Positions 1-10,068 of a stretch of 64,000 nt of DNA are shown here, in pieces. Both the position numbers and the translations under genes were made by a program. How positions within the stretch are numbered: the stretch's first letter is position 1; every line of letters begins with the position of its first letter. Source of the stretch: an uncultured delta proteobacterium (GTDB lineage Bacteria > Desulfobacterota > Binatia > UBA9968); contig CAWJZV010000014.1 in assembly GCA_963847445.1 (NCBI GenBank), positions 64,001 to 128,000 on the forward strand. Direction: 5' to 3'. The notes beneath the pieces were generated by a model that had not been told where the DNA came from, made no database searches, and saw nothing but the letters and a program-made list of their open reading frames with translations.

Positions 1-12
1 GATTTGCCGAAA

Positions 13-986
13 CTACTCCAGCGAAAATTTCGTACCCGACACCCTGCGCCACCGCCCAGCGGTACGCCCAGGCCGCCGCCACGGTATCCCAAATCGCCAT
101 GCCGACCGACTCGAAGACGACGGTCTCGTTATCACCCGCGCGGCCGGGGATTTTTCCCAGGATGACATCGCCCAATTCCCCGGCGATTTTCGCTGCCGAC
201 CAACTGCCATCACCAATCATCGCCATGTAGGGCTGGCGCGGCGCTTCGCCGCCGAGCAACTCTTCTTTCCAAGACACGATGACGCGCGAGTTCGCCACCG
301 TCTGCCGCGGCAGTTGCCCACTGGTGATGGAAACGATCAGCGCGCCCGGTTTGATCCAGCCCGGTTCGATCACTGGCGAGCGCGAACTAGTCGCCAGGCT
401 GACCATCGGTTGGTTTTCCACGGCGCTCTTGGCTGAGTCGACGGCTTCGACATCGATGTTGAGAAAATCGCTCATCGACCTGGCGAACGACTCGCGGTGT
501 TCCTTGGTCGAGCTGAAGACTTTTACCTTTCTTATTCCTGGCAGCGCCCGGGCGATGGCGACGATCTGGCCGCGCGCTTGCCGGCCGCTGCCGATCAGAC
601 CCAAGGTATCGGTGCCTTTGGGCGCCAGATATTTGCCCGCGACACCCGCCGGCGCGCCGGTGCGCCAGACATTCAGACCCGCGTCCGGCGACCAGGGCCA
701 GCAAGTCGCCGCTCTCGCCGTCGAACAGGACGATGAAATAGCCGTCCTTGGCGCCGCGGAACAGCGCGCTGATGCGCATGCCCTGCCCCGCCCCCGGCAC
801 GGCGGAGGTCATGATGCGATATTTTTTCTGGCGGTCGATCAAACTAGTTTCAACCCGCGCTTGTCCGGCGACCTCATTACTATTAAAATCGCCCATTGAG
901 GTTTCGATGAGCGGCAAGAGCGCGTCCATATTCGACGGTTGACAGTACAAAGAAGCTAAGTCTTTCTCGCTCAAGAGCAATGCCAT
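13..986 (-). CDS. Ornithine cyclodeaminase / mu-crystallin family protein (frameshifted)
   Basis: ORF 387..986 N-terminus joins another frame reading WRTGAPAGVA...LGLIGSGRQA...FESVGMAIWD, typical of OCD/mu-crystallin; indels near 680 and near the 3' end. Confidence 0.8.
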
Positions 987-1137
987 TGCTCAATCCTCCA
1001 TTTTGGCTGGCACTATAAAACCGACTGACTTTACCTGAGGAAAACCACGTCCATGCCGCACAATTCCAGCCAATGTGTTAGTATATGATCGATAGTTATC
1101 TCTCAATTCGGGATATCATATCTAGCCAATTTTATTC

Positions 1138-2133
1138 ATGGCGGACATCTATAATACCAAGGCGAAGCTCCTGCGCGGCGTGGTCCAGGATAACGTCGAC
1201 ATCGTCCAGGGGGTCAGAACTAAATATCCCGCCAAGCGCAGGCTACCCTTCCGCTATTGGCTTTCAGCCTGCATCGCCATGCTCGGCATCGCCTATCTGG
1301 CGATCCCCTCACAGGTCGTTTCCACCGCCAACACTTCGGCCAACGAAGCGACCGGCACGGTTTCCGCTGCCAATATCGCGCAAACCCCGGAGTCCGCCGG
1401 GGCGCTAAATTCACCCCGACCGCTAGACAAAAGAGCCGTACCGCTGTCGATCAAGAGAATCATCATCGATCCCGGCCATGGCGGCGAGTCCGGCGCGATC
1501 TCGCAATCGGGCGTCATGGAAAAAGAAATTACCTTGGACGTGGCGCTGCGCCTGCGCCGGCTCATGGGAAATGGCCCCTACGATGTCCTGCTCACGCGTG
1601 AAACCGACCAGTCGGTGCCACTCGACAAGCGGGTGGCCTTCGCCAATGAAAACAAGGGCGATCTGTTCATCTCGATCCACGTGAATTCGCTGGAACCGAA
1701 ATCTCTTCGCGTCCTGGAAACCTACTACGTCGGACCCACCGACGATCCGGCGACCCTCAGGCTGGCAAGCATCGAAAACAAAGACTCAGGCTACTCGCTG
1801 TCGGACTATAAAAAAATTCTGGAAAAAATTTACGTCGACGCACGCCACGATGAATCCAGAACCTTTGCCAAACACATCCAAGCCCAGCTCCATCATTCAC
1901 TTAAACCGGTCAATCCCTGGCTGGAGAACCGCGGCGTCAAGACCGCCCCCTTTGTCGTCCTGATCGGCACCCAGATGCCGGCCATCCTGGTCGAGATCTC
2001 GGCGCTGTCCAACGACGAAGAGGTTAAGTTGTTGACAAAAGAGGATTATCGCGAAAATATCGCCCTTGCCCTGCTCCAGGGCATCAAGAACTACGCGCGC
2101 AATTTCAACCTCCCCGAGAGGAAAGGCAATTAG
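1138..2133 (+). CDS. N-acetylmuramoyl-L-alanine amidase (Amidase_3) with N-terminal membrane anchor
   Basis: IIIDPGHGG, EKEITL, FISIHVNS, MPAILVE zinc-amidase motifs; hydrophobic stretch WLSACIAMLGIAYLAI after a basic N-terminal tail. Confidence 0.92.
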   Translation: MADIYNTKAKLLRGVVQDNVDIVQGVRTKYPAKRRLPFRYWLSACIAMLGIAYLAIPSQVVSTANTSANEATGTVSAANIAQTPESAGALNSPRPLDKRAVPLSIKRIIIDPGHGGESGAISQSGVMEKEITLDVALRLRRLMGNGPYDVLLTRETDQSVPLDKRVAFANENKGDLFISIHVNSLEPKSLRVLETYYVGPTDDPATLRLASIENKDSGYSLSDYKKILEKIYVDARHDESRTFAKHIQAQLHHSLKPVNPWLENRGVKTAPFVVLIGTQMPAILVEISALSNDEEVKLLTKEDYRENIALALLQGIKNYARNFNLPERKGN

Positions 2134-2136
2134 GTC

Positions 2137-3168
2137 ATGGAAGAAAGCAATGAACCCCTCTGCGTCGGCATCGATCTTGGCACATCGCGCAGCTCGATCT
2201 CCGCGTCAAACGGCGAGCGCCATGTGATCGACAGCTACGTCGGTTGGCCGCTGGATATGGTGGCGCGCAAGATCATCAAAAAAAGCATCTTGATCGGCCG
2301 CGAGGCGCTCGATAACCGCTCCATGCTCGACCTGCGCCGTCCGCTCGAACGGGGCATCATGAAGGAAGGCTCGGAGAAAGACCAAGAGGCGGTGCAGGAG
2401 ATCCTCAAACATCTGATCAACCTCGCCGGCATCAAGCAAAAAGGGAAAAACAAATCGAAAGTGCGCGCGGTGGTCGGCGTGCCGGCGGAGGCCTTCCGAG
2501 TGAGCCGGCAAAACCTGCGCAATACCATGGAAGGCATCGCCGACAGCGTCATGCTGGTCTCTGAACCCTTCGCCGTGGCTTACGGCCTGGAAGCGCTGCT
2601 GCATGCCTTGGTGATCGACATCGGCGCCGGCACCGCCGACTTTTGTGTCATGCAGGGGCGTTATCCCACTGAAGACGACCAGCGCACTCTGTCCGCCGCC
2701 GGCGACTCCATCGACGAACAATTGGAAAAACTGGTCCGCGAACACCACCCCGACGCGCAGTTTTCCGTGCACATGATCCGCCAGTGGAAGGAGCAATGGA
2801 GCTTTGTCGGTGAACCTAAAGACCGCGTCCTCGTCACCGCACCGGTCAAAGGCAAAGCCAGCGAACTCGATATCACTCACGAGATGCGCACCGCCTGCGA
2901 AAGCATCCTGCCGCCGATTTGCGAGACCTTGCAGGATATCCTGTCGAAAGTCGAACCTGACTTCCAAGACAAAGTCCGCAACAACGTCATCCTTGCCGGC
3001 GGCAGCTCGCTGATCGCCGGACTCACTGACGCGATCCAGAAATCGCTGATCGAGCTCGGCGGGGGTCGGGCGACGGTCGTCAAAGATCCGGTGTTCGCCG
3101 GTTGCGACGGCGGCTTGGCCATCGCCCGCGATGCTTCGAGCGCCGATTGGGAGAAGCTGTCGCTGTAG
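2137..3168 (+). CDS. MamK-like bacterial actin (MreB/MamK superfamily)
   Basis: GIDLGTS, VSEPFAVAYGL, IDIGAGTAD, DDQRTLSAAG, KEQWSFVG, VILAGGSS, VKDPVFAGC; motif set matches MamK as I recall it rather than MreB. Confidence 0.88.
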   Translation: MEESNEPLCVGIDLGTSRSSISASNGERHVIDSYVGWPLDMVARKIIKKSILIGREALDNRSMLDLRRPLERGIMKEGSEKDQEAVQEILKHLINLAGIKQKGKNKSKVRAVVGVPAEAFRVSRQNLRNTMEGIADSVMLVSEPFAVAYGLEALLHALVIDIGAGTADFCVMQGRYPTEDDQRTLSAAGDSIDEQLEKLVREHHPDAQFSVHMIRQWKEQWSFVGEPKDRVLVTAPVKGKASELDITHEMRTACESILPPICETLQDILSKVEPDFQDKVRNNVILAGGSSLIAGLTDAIQKSLIELGGGRATVVKDPVFAGCDGGLAIARDASSADWEKLSL

Positions 3169-3821
3169 AAATCGTGCACCCCTGGAACGATTACTCATGG
3201 TCAGCCGGTAAACCGGGTCGCTAATATTCGCTAGCGCGGCATCGGGGTTGGCACTCGCACCGATGATCCTCACGACCTCGCTTATCCGCGACAAAAAAAC
3301 CGCCGCACCGAGTCAGACACCGTCCATAGCCGGATCTCCTCTCCGGCATCAAGTAAAGCACGAAAAAGAAAATCTCGACGCAGCCCGCCGCACCGCCGAA
3401 GCGATCAACGGCGCGCACGACCAGTTGCGGCATCTTTTAAGCCGGACGTTGAACGGGCAACCGACGTATAACGTCGTCAGGACTCAAGGCAGGTATCAAC
3501 TCCAATATTTCGCCAATGTTAGCGCTCACTCTCAGATCAAAACAATCCCGATCGATGGACTGGAAAAGCGCAATCATCAACTCGGCTTGTTCAACTGCAG
3601 AGACACCATCCTCTTCGTCCACGACATACTTTACCCCGGTCATGATTCGGCGTTGCCCTCTGCCAAACTTGACCAATAAGTCTCTTGAAACCTCAGTCGA
3701 TTGGTTGTTGCCACTCCATCCGAGGTGGAACATTCTTAGTCAAAGATGTTCTTTAGTGCCGGCGCGACGGCCATTGAATATTTTTCCGACAGCTAAAATT
3801 CGCAGCGGAGGTATTTTACAC

Positions 3822-3890
3822 ATGCGCATGATCGTCATCGGCACCGGCGCCATTGGCGGCATTATCGGCGGCGGGCTGCCCCGTCGGGGA
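3822..3890 (+). pseudogene. Degenerate duplicate of the 5' end of the ketopantoate-reductase-like gene at 8533
   Basis: MRMIVIGTGAIGGIIGGGLPRRG versus MQRMIVIGTGPIGGIIGGRLARAG; GGAGG RBS upstream; about 5 mismatches in the first 59 aligned bp. Confidence 0.85.
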
Positions 3891-4083
3891 CCTTTCGCAA
3901 ACAGACAAGACAAGATTCGGCGCACAGCTATTTTCTCTAGCTCCGTTGGTCTGGCTATAGCCGATGACTTCAAAGAACTTTCGTTGCAAGAAAATTTGTT
4001 CCTGCTATGCGAAATTGACCCGGCTATAGGAATGGCAAACCTTGGCAGGGCCCGGCAATGCCGGGAATTGACCTATAAACTAT

Positions 4084-7000
4084 TTAAATGAAGAGTAGAC
4101 ACTGGCAGGCGTCGGCCTCGAACAACCAAAACTGGTCGAGTACGGTGAACCATAGTCCGCTCAGGCGAGTTTTCAATTTGCCTGCCCAATGCATTAGGTA
4201 GGGTTCTTTGAGGACGCTGCGATGATCGCCGGGGACGACGTGAATTTCCACGCCTCCTTCGGCTAACTGCGACCAACACTGGGATTCTTGACCGCCCTCG
4301 GCGCTCATAACGATATCGAGCCGGCCCGGATGAATGGAAGGTATATATTTCTCGACGGCCCGGCCGTATATCGCCAAGATGTATGAACTCCGAAACGCAA
4401 CCGGGATCTTGTAGCCGAGTTTCAGGCAAGCCTCAATAGTGATCTTTTTCGCAATCTTGACAACTGGCGTCGCAACCGAAGCACAGACGAGTTTTACAAC
4501 GCCAATTAAACGCGTGCGGCAATAATCTAGTTTTTCTGCTGGCGTGCCAAGGCTGCTGAGGCTGCGCAGATGCCGAGACCACCACCGCTGCGGTGACGAT
4601 TCCATGGTTGGTTTAGCAGCTACTGGCACACTTGCGGGAGCCAAGAGAACATTCTTGGGTTGGTCCGGATCCAACATGAAAAGCATGCGTATTTCTTCAC
4701 CTTGTTGGCTGAACTGATGAGCGATTTCGAAAGCCACGAGCGCACCGAAGCAATAACCTCCAAGCAAATAAGGTCCTCGCGGTTGGACCTGGCGAATCTC
4801 GCTGGCGTAATGGCTTGCGATGGTTTCCACCGTGATAAAACGGATTCGCCTCCCGTCTTCGCCCTGGTGTCTTAATCCATATACCGGTTGGTCCGAGCCC
4901 AGATAGCGCGCCAGAACCCCGTCGCTAGCTTCTCCATGGATCCAGAAAAAAGGATCTTTGGAACCATTGGGTTGAAGCGTTACGAGAGATGACCACGGGG
5001 TCGGCGGACCATCTTGGCAGATAAGCTGCGCGAATTGCTCCACAGTAGGCGCCTGGAAAAGGGCAGCAACGGGAAGTTTTTTTCCAAACACTTTCTCGAT
5101 CTGACCAATGAGTTTGACAGCCAACAATGAATGCCCGCCGTGGTCAAAAAAATTGTCACGCACGCCCACCCTCGCCATATTGAGAACGTCAGCCCATAGA
5201 CGGGTCAGTGTGGTTTCAACCGGAGTCCGCGCCGCAACGAAAGCTGCCTGCAGTGCTGCGGCGGGTGTCTCAGGAAGCGGTAGCGCTGCGCGATCTATCT
5301 TGCCGTTCGGTGTTAGGGGAAGCGACGTTAAGAGCGTGATGACTGACGGCACCATGTAGTCGGGTAGTTTTTCTCTGAGGAATGCCCTTAGGCCATCAGT
5401 CGACGAAACTTCAGGTTGCGTCAAGACCACATAGGCAACGAGACGCGTCTCATTGGTTTTATCCTGCCACGCTCGAACCACGCTTTCTCGCACCAAAGAA
5501 TGTTGAGCGAGGACGGCTTCAATCTCCTCCACCTCGATCCTGAAGCCCCGGACCTTGACTTGGGTATCCATGCGCCCCAACAACTCGATATTGCCGTCAG
5601 ACAGATACCGCGCGAGGTCGCCAGTTTTGTAGAGGCGGCCGTGCTCGGCTCCAGCAAACGGATCGTGGATGAATTTATCCGCTGTCAAGGCGGGATTATT
5701 AAGATAACCCCTCGCAACTCCTTCACCACCGATATGCAACTCCCCGGGTATGCCGATGGGAACTGGATTCAGCGCGGAATCAAGTATGTAGACCTTCGTG
5801 TTGGATATCGGGCGACCAATCGGCACCGGTGTCAGCGCCTGGTCTGCCCCGTGAGGCATGGCTTCAAAAATCGTGGTTGTGATTGTGGCTTCGGTGCAAC
5901 CGTAAGCATTGATCAAGCGAACGGCATCACCGACGACTTTGTGCCATACACGGACTTTTTCCGGTGATAATCGATCGCTACCTACCACGACCAGCCGGAG
6001 CGCTCGCGGGATCGCCATCGCGAAATATTCCAACTCGGTAACCCACTGATGCCAGTACGGCGCGGGGATATTGACGACGCTCACCATTTCCCTATCCAGA
6101 AACGCAACGAACTCCGCTATCGACAGCATCCGATTTGGTTTCATGACGAGTACGCCGCCGCCCAACCATGTGGGGAACATCTCTTCAGCCGCTACGTCGA
6201 AGCTCGGCGAAGCGAACTGTAGCACCCGGTCGCTTTCCTTGAGGTCGTAGTGGAAAACCGCGGCTAAGCTGGCATTCACGAGAGCCCGATGTGTAATCAG
6301 AACTCCTTTTGGAGTGCCGGTGGTGCCGGACGTGTAGTTAACGTAAGCGAGGTTATCGCTAGTTTCTTCAACCGGCAGGTTCATCGCACTTTCTGCGGCA
6401 ATCTCTGCCCAGTCGGTGTCAAGACATACCACATTTGTAAAAGACATCGGTGATCGGACGGCAAGGCGATGGGAAGTCAGCAGGACCGGTGCCTTCGTGT
6501 CCTCCAACATAAAACGAATGCGTTCTGTCGGATAAGCGGGGTCCAAGGGTAGGTAAGCACCCCCGGCCTTCAGAATTCCGAGAATTCCCACCATCATTTC
6601 TATAGACCGATCGACGCAAATGCCCACAGGAATGTCCGCTCCAACATGCATGTTTCTAAGGTAGCGAGCGAGTCGATTGGACCTCTCATCGAGGTCTCGA
6701 TAGGTGAGCCGTCCCACTTCGGATACAACCGCGACCGCGTCTGGAGTTAACCGTGCTTGCGCTTCAAAGAGACTGTGAATACATTTCTCGCCGGGATATG
6801 GTTTTGCCGTATTATTCCAATCGATCGCCACTTGATGCCACTCCGCCCGAGGAAGAATGGGCAGCTGCAAAATTCTTTGGTCCGGAGCCGCAACAACGCC
6901 TTCCAAAAGAACTCCGTAATGGGCAAGTAAACGCTCCATCGTGGCAGCTTCAAACAGATCGGTGCTGTACGCCAGTGATTGCTTAAGTCCGTCGGGCTCA

Positions 7001-8343
7001 TCCTGCAGAGTGAGACTCAGATCATAGATGGCAATGTGACTGTTGCCGGATCCTCTCCTCACATCAAGACCGGGGATTTTTAGAGGTTGCGCCGGGATAT
7101 TCTGAAGGGCGAACAGCACTTGGAAAAGCGGTGCCTGGTTTAGATTTCTCTCGGGCTTGATATCTTGCAGCAGCTTCTCAAAAGGAAGGTCATGATGCTC
7201 ATAAGCTCCAAGGGTTAGTTCACGCACGCGTTTAAGCAGCTCCCGAAAGGTAGGATTACCGCCAAGGTCGCTTCTCAGCACTAGCTTGTTATCGAAGCAA
7301 CCGATCAAGTCTTGGATCTCCGCACGATTCCGACCGTTGATGGGGGTACCCACCGCAAAATCCTCTTGTCCTGAATAACGGAACAATAAGGTTTGAAAGG
7401 CCGCCAATAAGGTCACAAATAACGTAACCCCCTCTTGACGGCTGAGCGCTTTCAGCTGGTCCGACAAGGTTTTAGAAAGAAAGGACGATCGCATGGCACC
7501 TTGATAGCTGTGACTTGAGGATCGAGGGTGGTCAGTGGGCAACTGCAAAGTTGGAACTCCGTCAAGTTGCTTCTTCCAGTAGTCGAGTTGCTTGTCGAGG
7601 ATCTTTGGCTGCGGCCACCGATGTTGCCACAAGGCATAATCCGCATATTGAATCGGTAGTTCTGGGAAAGGGCAAGATTCGCCCCTCAAGAAAGCACTAT
7701 ACAGCGCCGCGAACTCGCGCCAAAGAAGTTCGTTGGACCAATCATCGAAAACGATGCGATGTGTTATGACGACCAACGCATGGTCATTTTCAGCTAGTCT
7801 GACCAAGATAGCTCGCAGCATTGAGGCACGAGAAAGGTCGATGGGCTGTTCCGACAACCTAACGATTAAGCGTTGCAGTTCTCCTTCTTGCGCTTCTCGC
7901 GTAGATTCCCCAAGTTCTATGATTTTGAGATCTACGGATGGCTTTCCATTGATCAGCTGTACGGGACTTCCCTCATCCGTTGTCCCGAAATTGGTTCGAA
8001 GGATCTCGTGTCGCTCGACTAAAGCAACGAGCGCCGACTTCACTAATTCTCGATCAACATCGCCATGCAGGCGAATGAACGTCGGTTCTTCGTAAGCTGG
8101 ACAATCGGGTTCCAGCTGGTTCAAAAACCACAGTCGTTGCTGAGCAAACGAAAGTGGCGCCGAACGGCGGTCTTGCCGCCGTTGAATTCTCTGATGATTG
8201 GGGTCGGCATAGCCTGCCTCTCCAACCTGAAGATCGAGCGGCGCTTGCTCGTGGGGTGCAGCTCTAGTGAGCCAATCGCGAAAATTATCCATAAGCGACC
8301 AGAGGAAACTTTTGCTTGAATGCTGCGAGCATTTTATTTTCAC
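4084..8343 (-). CDS. Single-module non-ribosomal peptide synthetase (C-A-T-TE)
   Basis: PLSFAQQRLWFL (C), YTSGTTGTPKG / NAYGCTE / LYKTGDL / PNGKIDR (A), FFDHGGHSLL (T), GGYCFG (TE); visibly more AT-rich than neighbours; true start may be MDNFRDW. Confidence 0.95.
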   Translation of the reverse strand: MKIKCSQHSSKSFLWSLMDNFRDWLTRAAPHEQAPLDLQVGEAGYADPNHQRIQRRQDRRSAPLSFAQQRLWFLNQLEPDCPAYEEPTFIRLHGDVDRELVKSALVALVERHEILRTNFGTTDEGSPVQLINGKPSVDLKIIELGESTREAQEGELQRLIVRLSEQPIDLSRASMLRAILVRLAENDHALVVITHRIVFDDWSNELLWREFAALYSAFLRGESCPFPELPIQYADYALWQHRWPQPKILDKQLDYWKKQLDGVPTLQLPTDHPRSSSHSYQGAMRSSFLSKTLSDQLKALSRQEGVTLFVTLLAAFQTLLFRYSGQEDFAVGTPINGRNRAEIQDLIGCFDNKLVLRSDLGGNPTFRELLKRVRELTLGAYEHHDLPFEKLLQDIKPERNLNQAPLFQVLFALQNIPAQPLKIPGLDVRRGSGNSHIAIYDLSLTLQDEPDGLKQSLAYSTDLFEAATMERLLAHYGVLLEGVVAAPDQRILQLPILPRAEWHQVAIDWNNTAKPYPGEKCIHSLFEAQARLTPDAVAVVSEVGRLTYRDLDERSNRLARYLRNMHVGADIPVGICVDRSIEMMVGILGILKAGGAYLPLDPAYPTERIRFMLEDTKAPVLLTSHRLAVRSPMSFTNVVCLDTDWAEIAAESAMNLPVEETSDNLAYVNYTSGTTGTPKGVLITHRALVNASLAAVFHYDLKESDRVLQFASPSFDVAAEEMFPTWLGGGVLVMKPNRMLSIAEFVAFLDREMVSVVNIPAPYWHQWVTELEYFAMAIPRALRLVVVGSDRLSPEKVRVWHKVVGDAVRLINAYGCTEATITTTIFEAMPHGADQALTPVPIGRPISNTKVYILDSALNPVPIGIPGELHIGGEGVARGYLNNPALTADKFIHDPFAGAEHGRLYKTGDLARYLSDGNIELLGRMDTQVKVRGFRIEVEEIEAVLAQHSLVRESVVRAWQDKTNETRLVAYVVLTQPEVSSTDGLRAFLREKLPDYMVPSVITLLTSLPLTPNGKIDRAALPLPETPAAALQAAFVAARTPVETTLTRLWADVLNMARVGVRDNFFDHGGHSLLAVKLIGQIEKVFGKKLPVAALFQAPTVEQFAQLICQDGPPTPWSSLVTLQPNGSKDPFFWIHGEASDGVLARYLGSDQPVYGLRHQGEDGRRIRFITVETIASHYASEIRQVQPRGPYLLGGYCFGALVAFEIAHQFSQQGEEIRMLFMLDPDQPKNVLLAPASVPVAAKPTMESSPQRWWSRHLRSLSSLGTPAEKLDYCRTRLIGVVKLVCASVATPVVKIAKKITIEACLKLGYKIPVAFRSSYILAIYGRAVEKYIPSIHPGRLDIVMSAEGGQESQCWSQLAEGGVEIHVVPGDHRSVLKEPYLMHWAGKLKTRLSGLWFTVLDQFWLFEADACQCLLFI

Positions 8344-8532
8344 CAGTTCATCGAGTCAATAAATTTACTGCTCTTCATTCGCGCAATCTGCGGTTACGGT
8401 ACAACTAACCTCGTTGTCATCTGTGATCGGCACAGTCGAACTCGATCGTAAGTCATTTCTACAAGATTGACCGGTCGCGCATTTTTGCGTACTTATTGGC
8501 ATTTAAGAGTCGAAACTAGAGGAGAAACCACC

Positions 8533-9546
8533 ATGCAGCGCATGATCGTTATCGGCACCGGCCCCATTGGCGGCATCATCGGCGGCAGGCTGGCCCGCGC
8601 CGGCGCGGATATCACTTTCGTCGACATCGACCAGGAACATGTCAGCGCGATTCGTGAGAAAGGGCTGTATGTCGACGTCCCCGACGGCCCGTTCAACGTG
8701 AAGGCCAAAATCCTTTATCCCAACGAGCTTCATGAGATTGGCGGCAAGTTCGACATCGGCTTTATCGCCGTGCGATCGAACTATACGGCCGACGCTTTGA
8801 ACACCGTGTTGCCCCATCTCGCGCCCGACGGCCTGCTGGTGTCGATGCAAAACGGCATCAATCCGCCGCTGCTGCAAGAAAAAGTCGGCGCCGACCGCAC
8901 CCTCGGCATGGCGATCCGCATGGGCTGCCGCAAAATCGGCCCCGGCCATGTCCAGACCGACATCCGTGGCCACCTATACCTCGGCCACCTGCACGGCAAA
9001 ATCACGCCACGCTTGGAAGAGCTGCACAAGACCCTCAACGCAGTCATGGAAACGGATATCTCCGACAACATCCTTGGCGTGCTCTGGAGCAAGCTCACCT
9101 ACACCTGTCTCGGGTATTATGGCTCGCTAGCCGACGCGTCCTTGGCGACAACTTGCACGACCGAAGCCGACCGCCGCGCCCTGGCCGACTTCTTCGCCGA
9201 AATCGTCGCCGTCGGCGAAGCACTGGGCGTACACTGGATCAAGTTGGCGGAATACAACCCGGCCGACTTTCACCCAAGAAACTCCGCCGACAAACGGCTT
9301 GCCGCCGTCAACGACTTCGCAAAAACTTGGAAACCCGAAGACCGTAAAGGGCCGCTGCGCTACGTTCAGAAAAAGATCAGAACCGAAGTCGACTTCACGC
9401 TTGCCTATGTCGTTAGAGAAGGTGAAAAGCTGGGGATGAAGATGCCGCTGTGCAGTAAATTACTGGAGATATTTCGCGAGTTGGAAGCGGGCAAGAGGCA
9501 ATTTGGGCAGCAGAACTATGATGAGCTGGTGGCAACGGGGAGATAA
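8533..9546 (+). CDS. Ketopantoate reductase (ApbA/PanE) family protein
   Basis: IGTGPIGGIIG Rossmann motif, VSMQNG, LWSKL, RTEVD; GGAG RBS. Confidence 0.88.
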   Translation: MQRMIVIGTGPIGGIIGGRLARAGADITFVDIDQEHVSAIREKGLYVDVPDGPFNVKAKILYPNELHEIGGKFDIGFIAVRSNYTADALNTVLPHLAPDGLLVSMQNGINPPLLQEKVGADRTLGMAIRMGCRKIGPGHVQTDIRGHLYLGHLHGKITPRLEELHKTLNAVMETDISDNILGVLWSKLTYTCLGYYGSLADASLATTCTTEADRRALADFFAEIVAVGEALGVHWIKLAEYNPADFHPRNSADKRLAAVNDFAKTWKPEDRKGPLRYVQKKIRTEVDFTLAYVVREGEKLGMKMPLCSKLLEIFRELEAGKRQFGQQNYDELVATGR

Positions 9547-9591
9547 TTCAGCCGGGCGAAGCCATATGAATTCAATTCGAAAGGTTTGCCG

Positions 9592-9668
9592 GCTTGACGC
9601 CAAAACTCCAGCCGCCGTCTGCCTCCGCTTCGCTACCACAAGTCGGCGCTTGGAGCACATTGTTAGAC
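9592..9668 (-). mobile_element. attC-like integron cassette recombination site
   Basis: Minus strand: GTCTAAC (R'') 1 nt after the GFA stop, imperfect stem CTCCAAGCGCCG / CGGCGGCTGGAG with bulges, degenerate R' GTCAAGC; 77 bp. Confidence 0.7.
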
Positions 9669-9669
9669 T

Positions 9670-10068
9670 TCATAGATAGCTTGTGATCGGCGGGGCCGAT
9701 TGCCGGTCCTGCTTGCCGTCAATGTAAACAATCGGCGCTGCTGCAAGCTCCTCGGATGTTGCGTCTTCCAAGCAGCCCAAATTGACACCGTAAATTCTCT
9801 CCCCATCCGGCGTATTGCCAATGCCAAATGAGCGCACACCGCAGTGCTTGCAGAAGTAATGTTCGTTGCGCTTGGAGTTGAACAAGTATTTGGTTAGCAC
9901 AGTTTCGCCAGAAAGAAGGTGGAACGCTTCTGGTTTCACCACCGCGGGCCAGAAACGGGTCCTTGAGCAGATTGTACAGTTGCACCTATACGTCGCGGCA
10001 CTAAGGTCAATTTCAGCCTCGAAGCGAACTGCGCCGCAATGGCAACTACCTTTGTATGTCTTCAGCAT
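9670..10068 (-). CDS. GFA / CENP-V family protein (probable gene cassette)
   Basis: GSCHCGAVRF, CNCTIC, FCKHCG zinc motifs. Confidence 0.93.
   Translation of the reverse strand: MLKTYKGSCHCGAVRFEAEIDLSAATYRCNCTICSRTRFWPAVVKPEAFHLLSGETVLTKYLFNSKRNEHYFCKHCGVRSFGIGNTPDGERIYGVNLGCLEDATSEELAAAPIVYIDGKQDRQSAPPITSYL

Noticed and set aside
2137-3168. Magnetosome gene island
   Set aside because: Only the MamK-like gene is present; no other mam/mms/mad gene was recognised in the window
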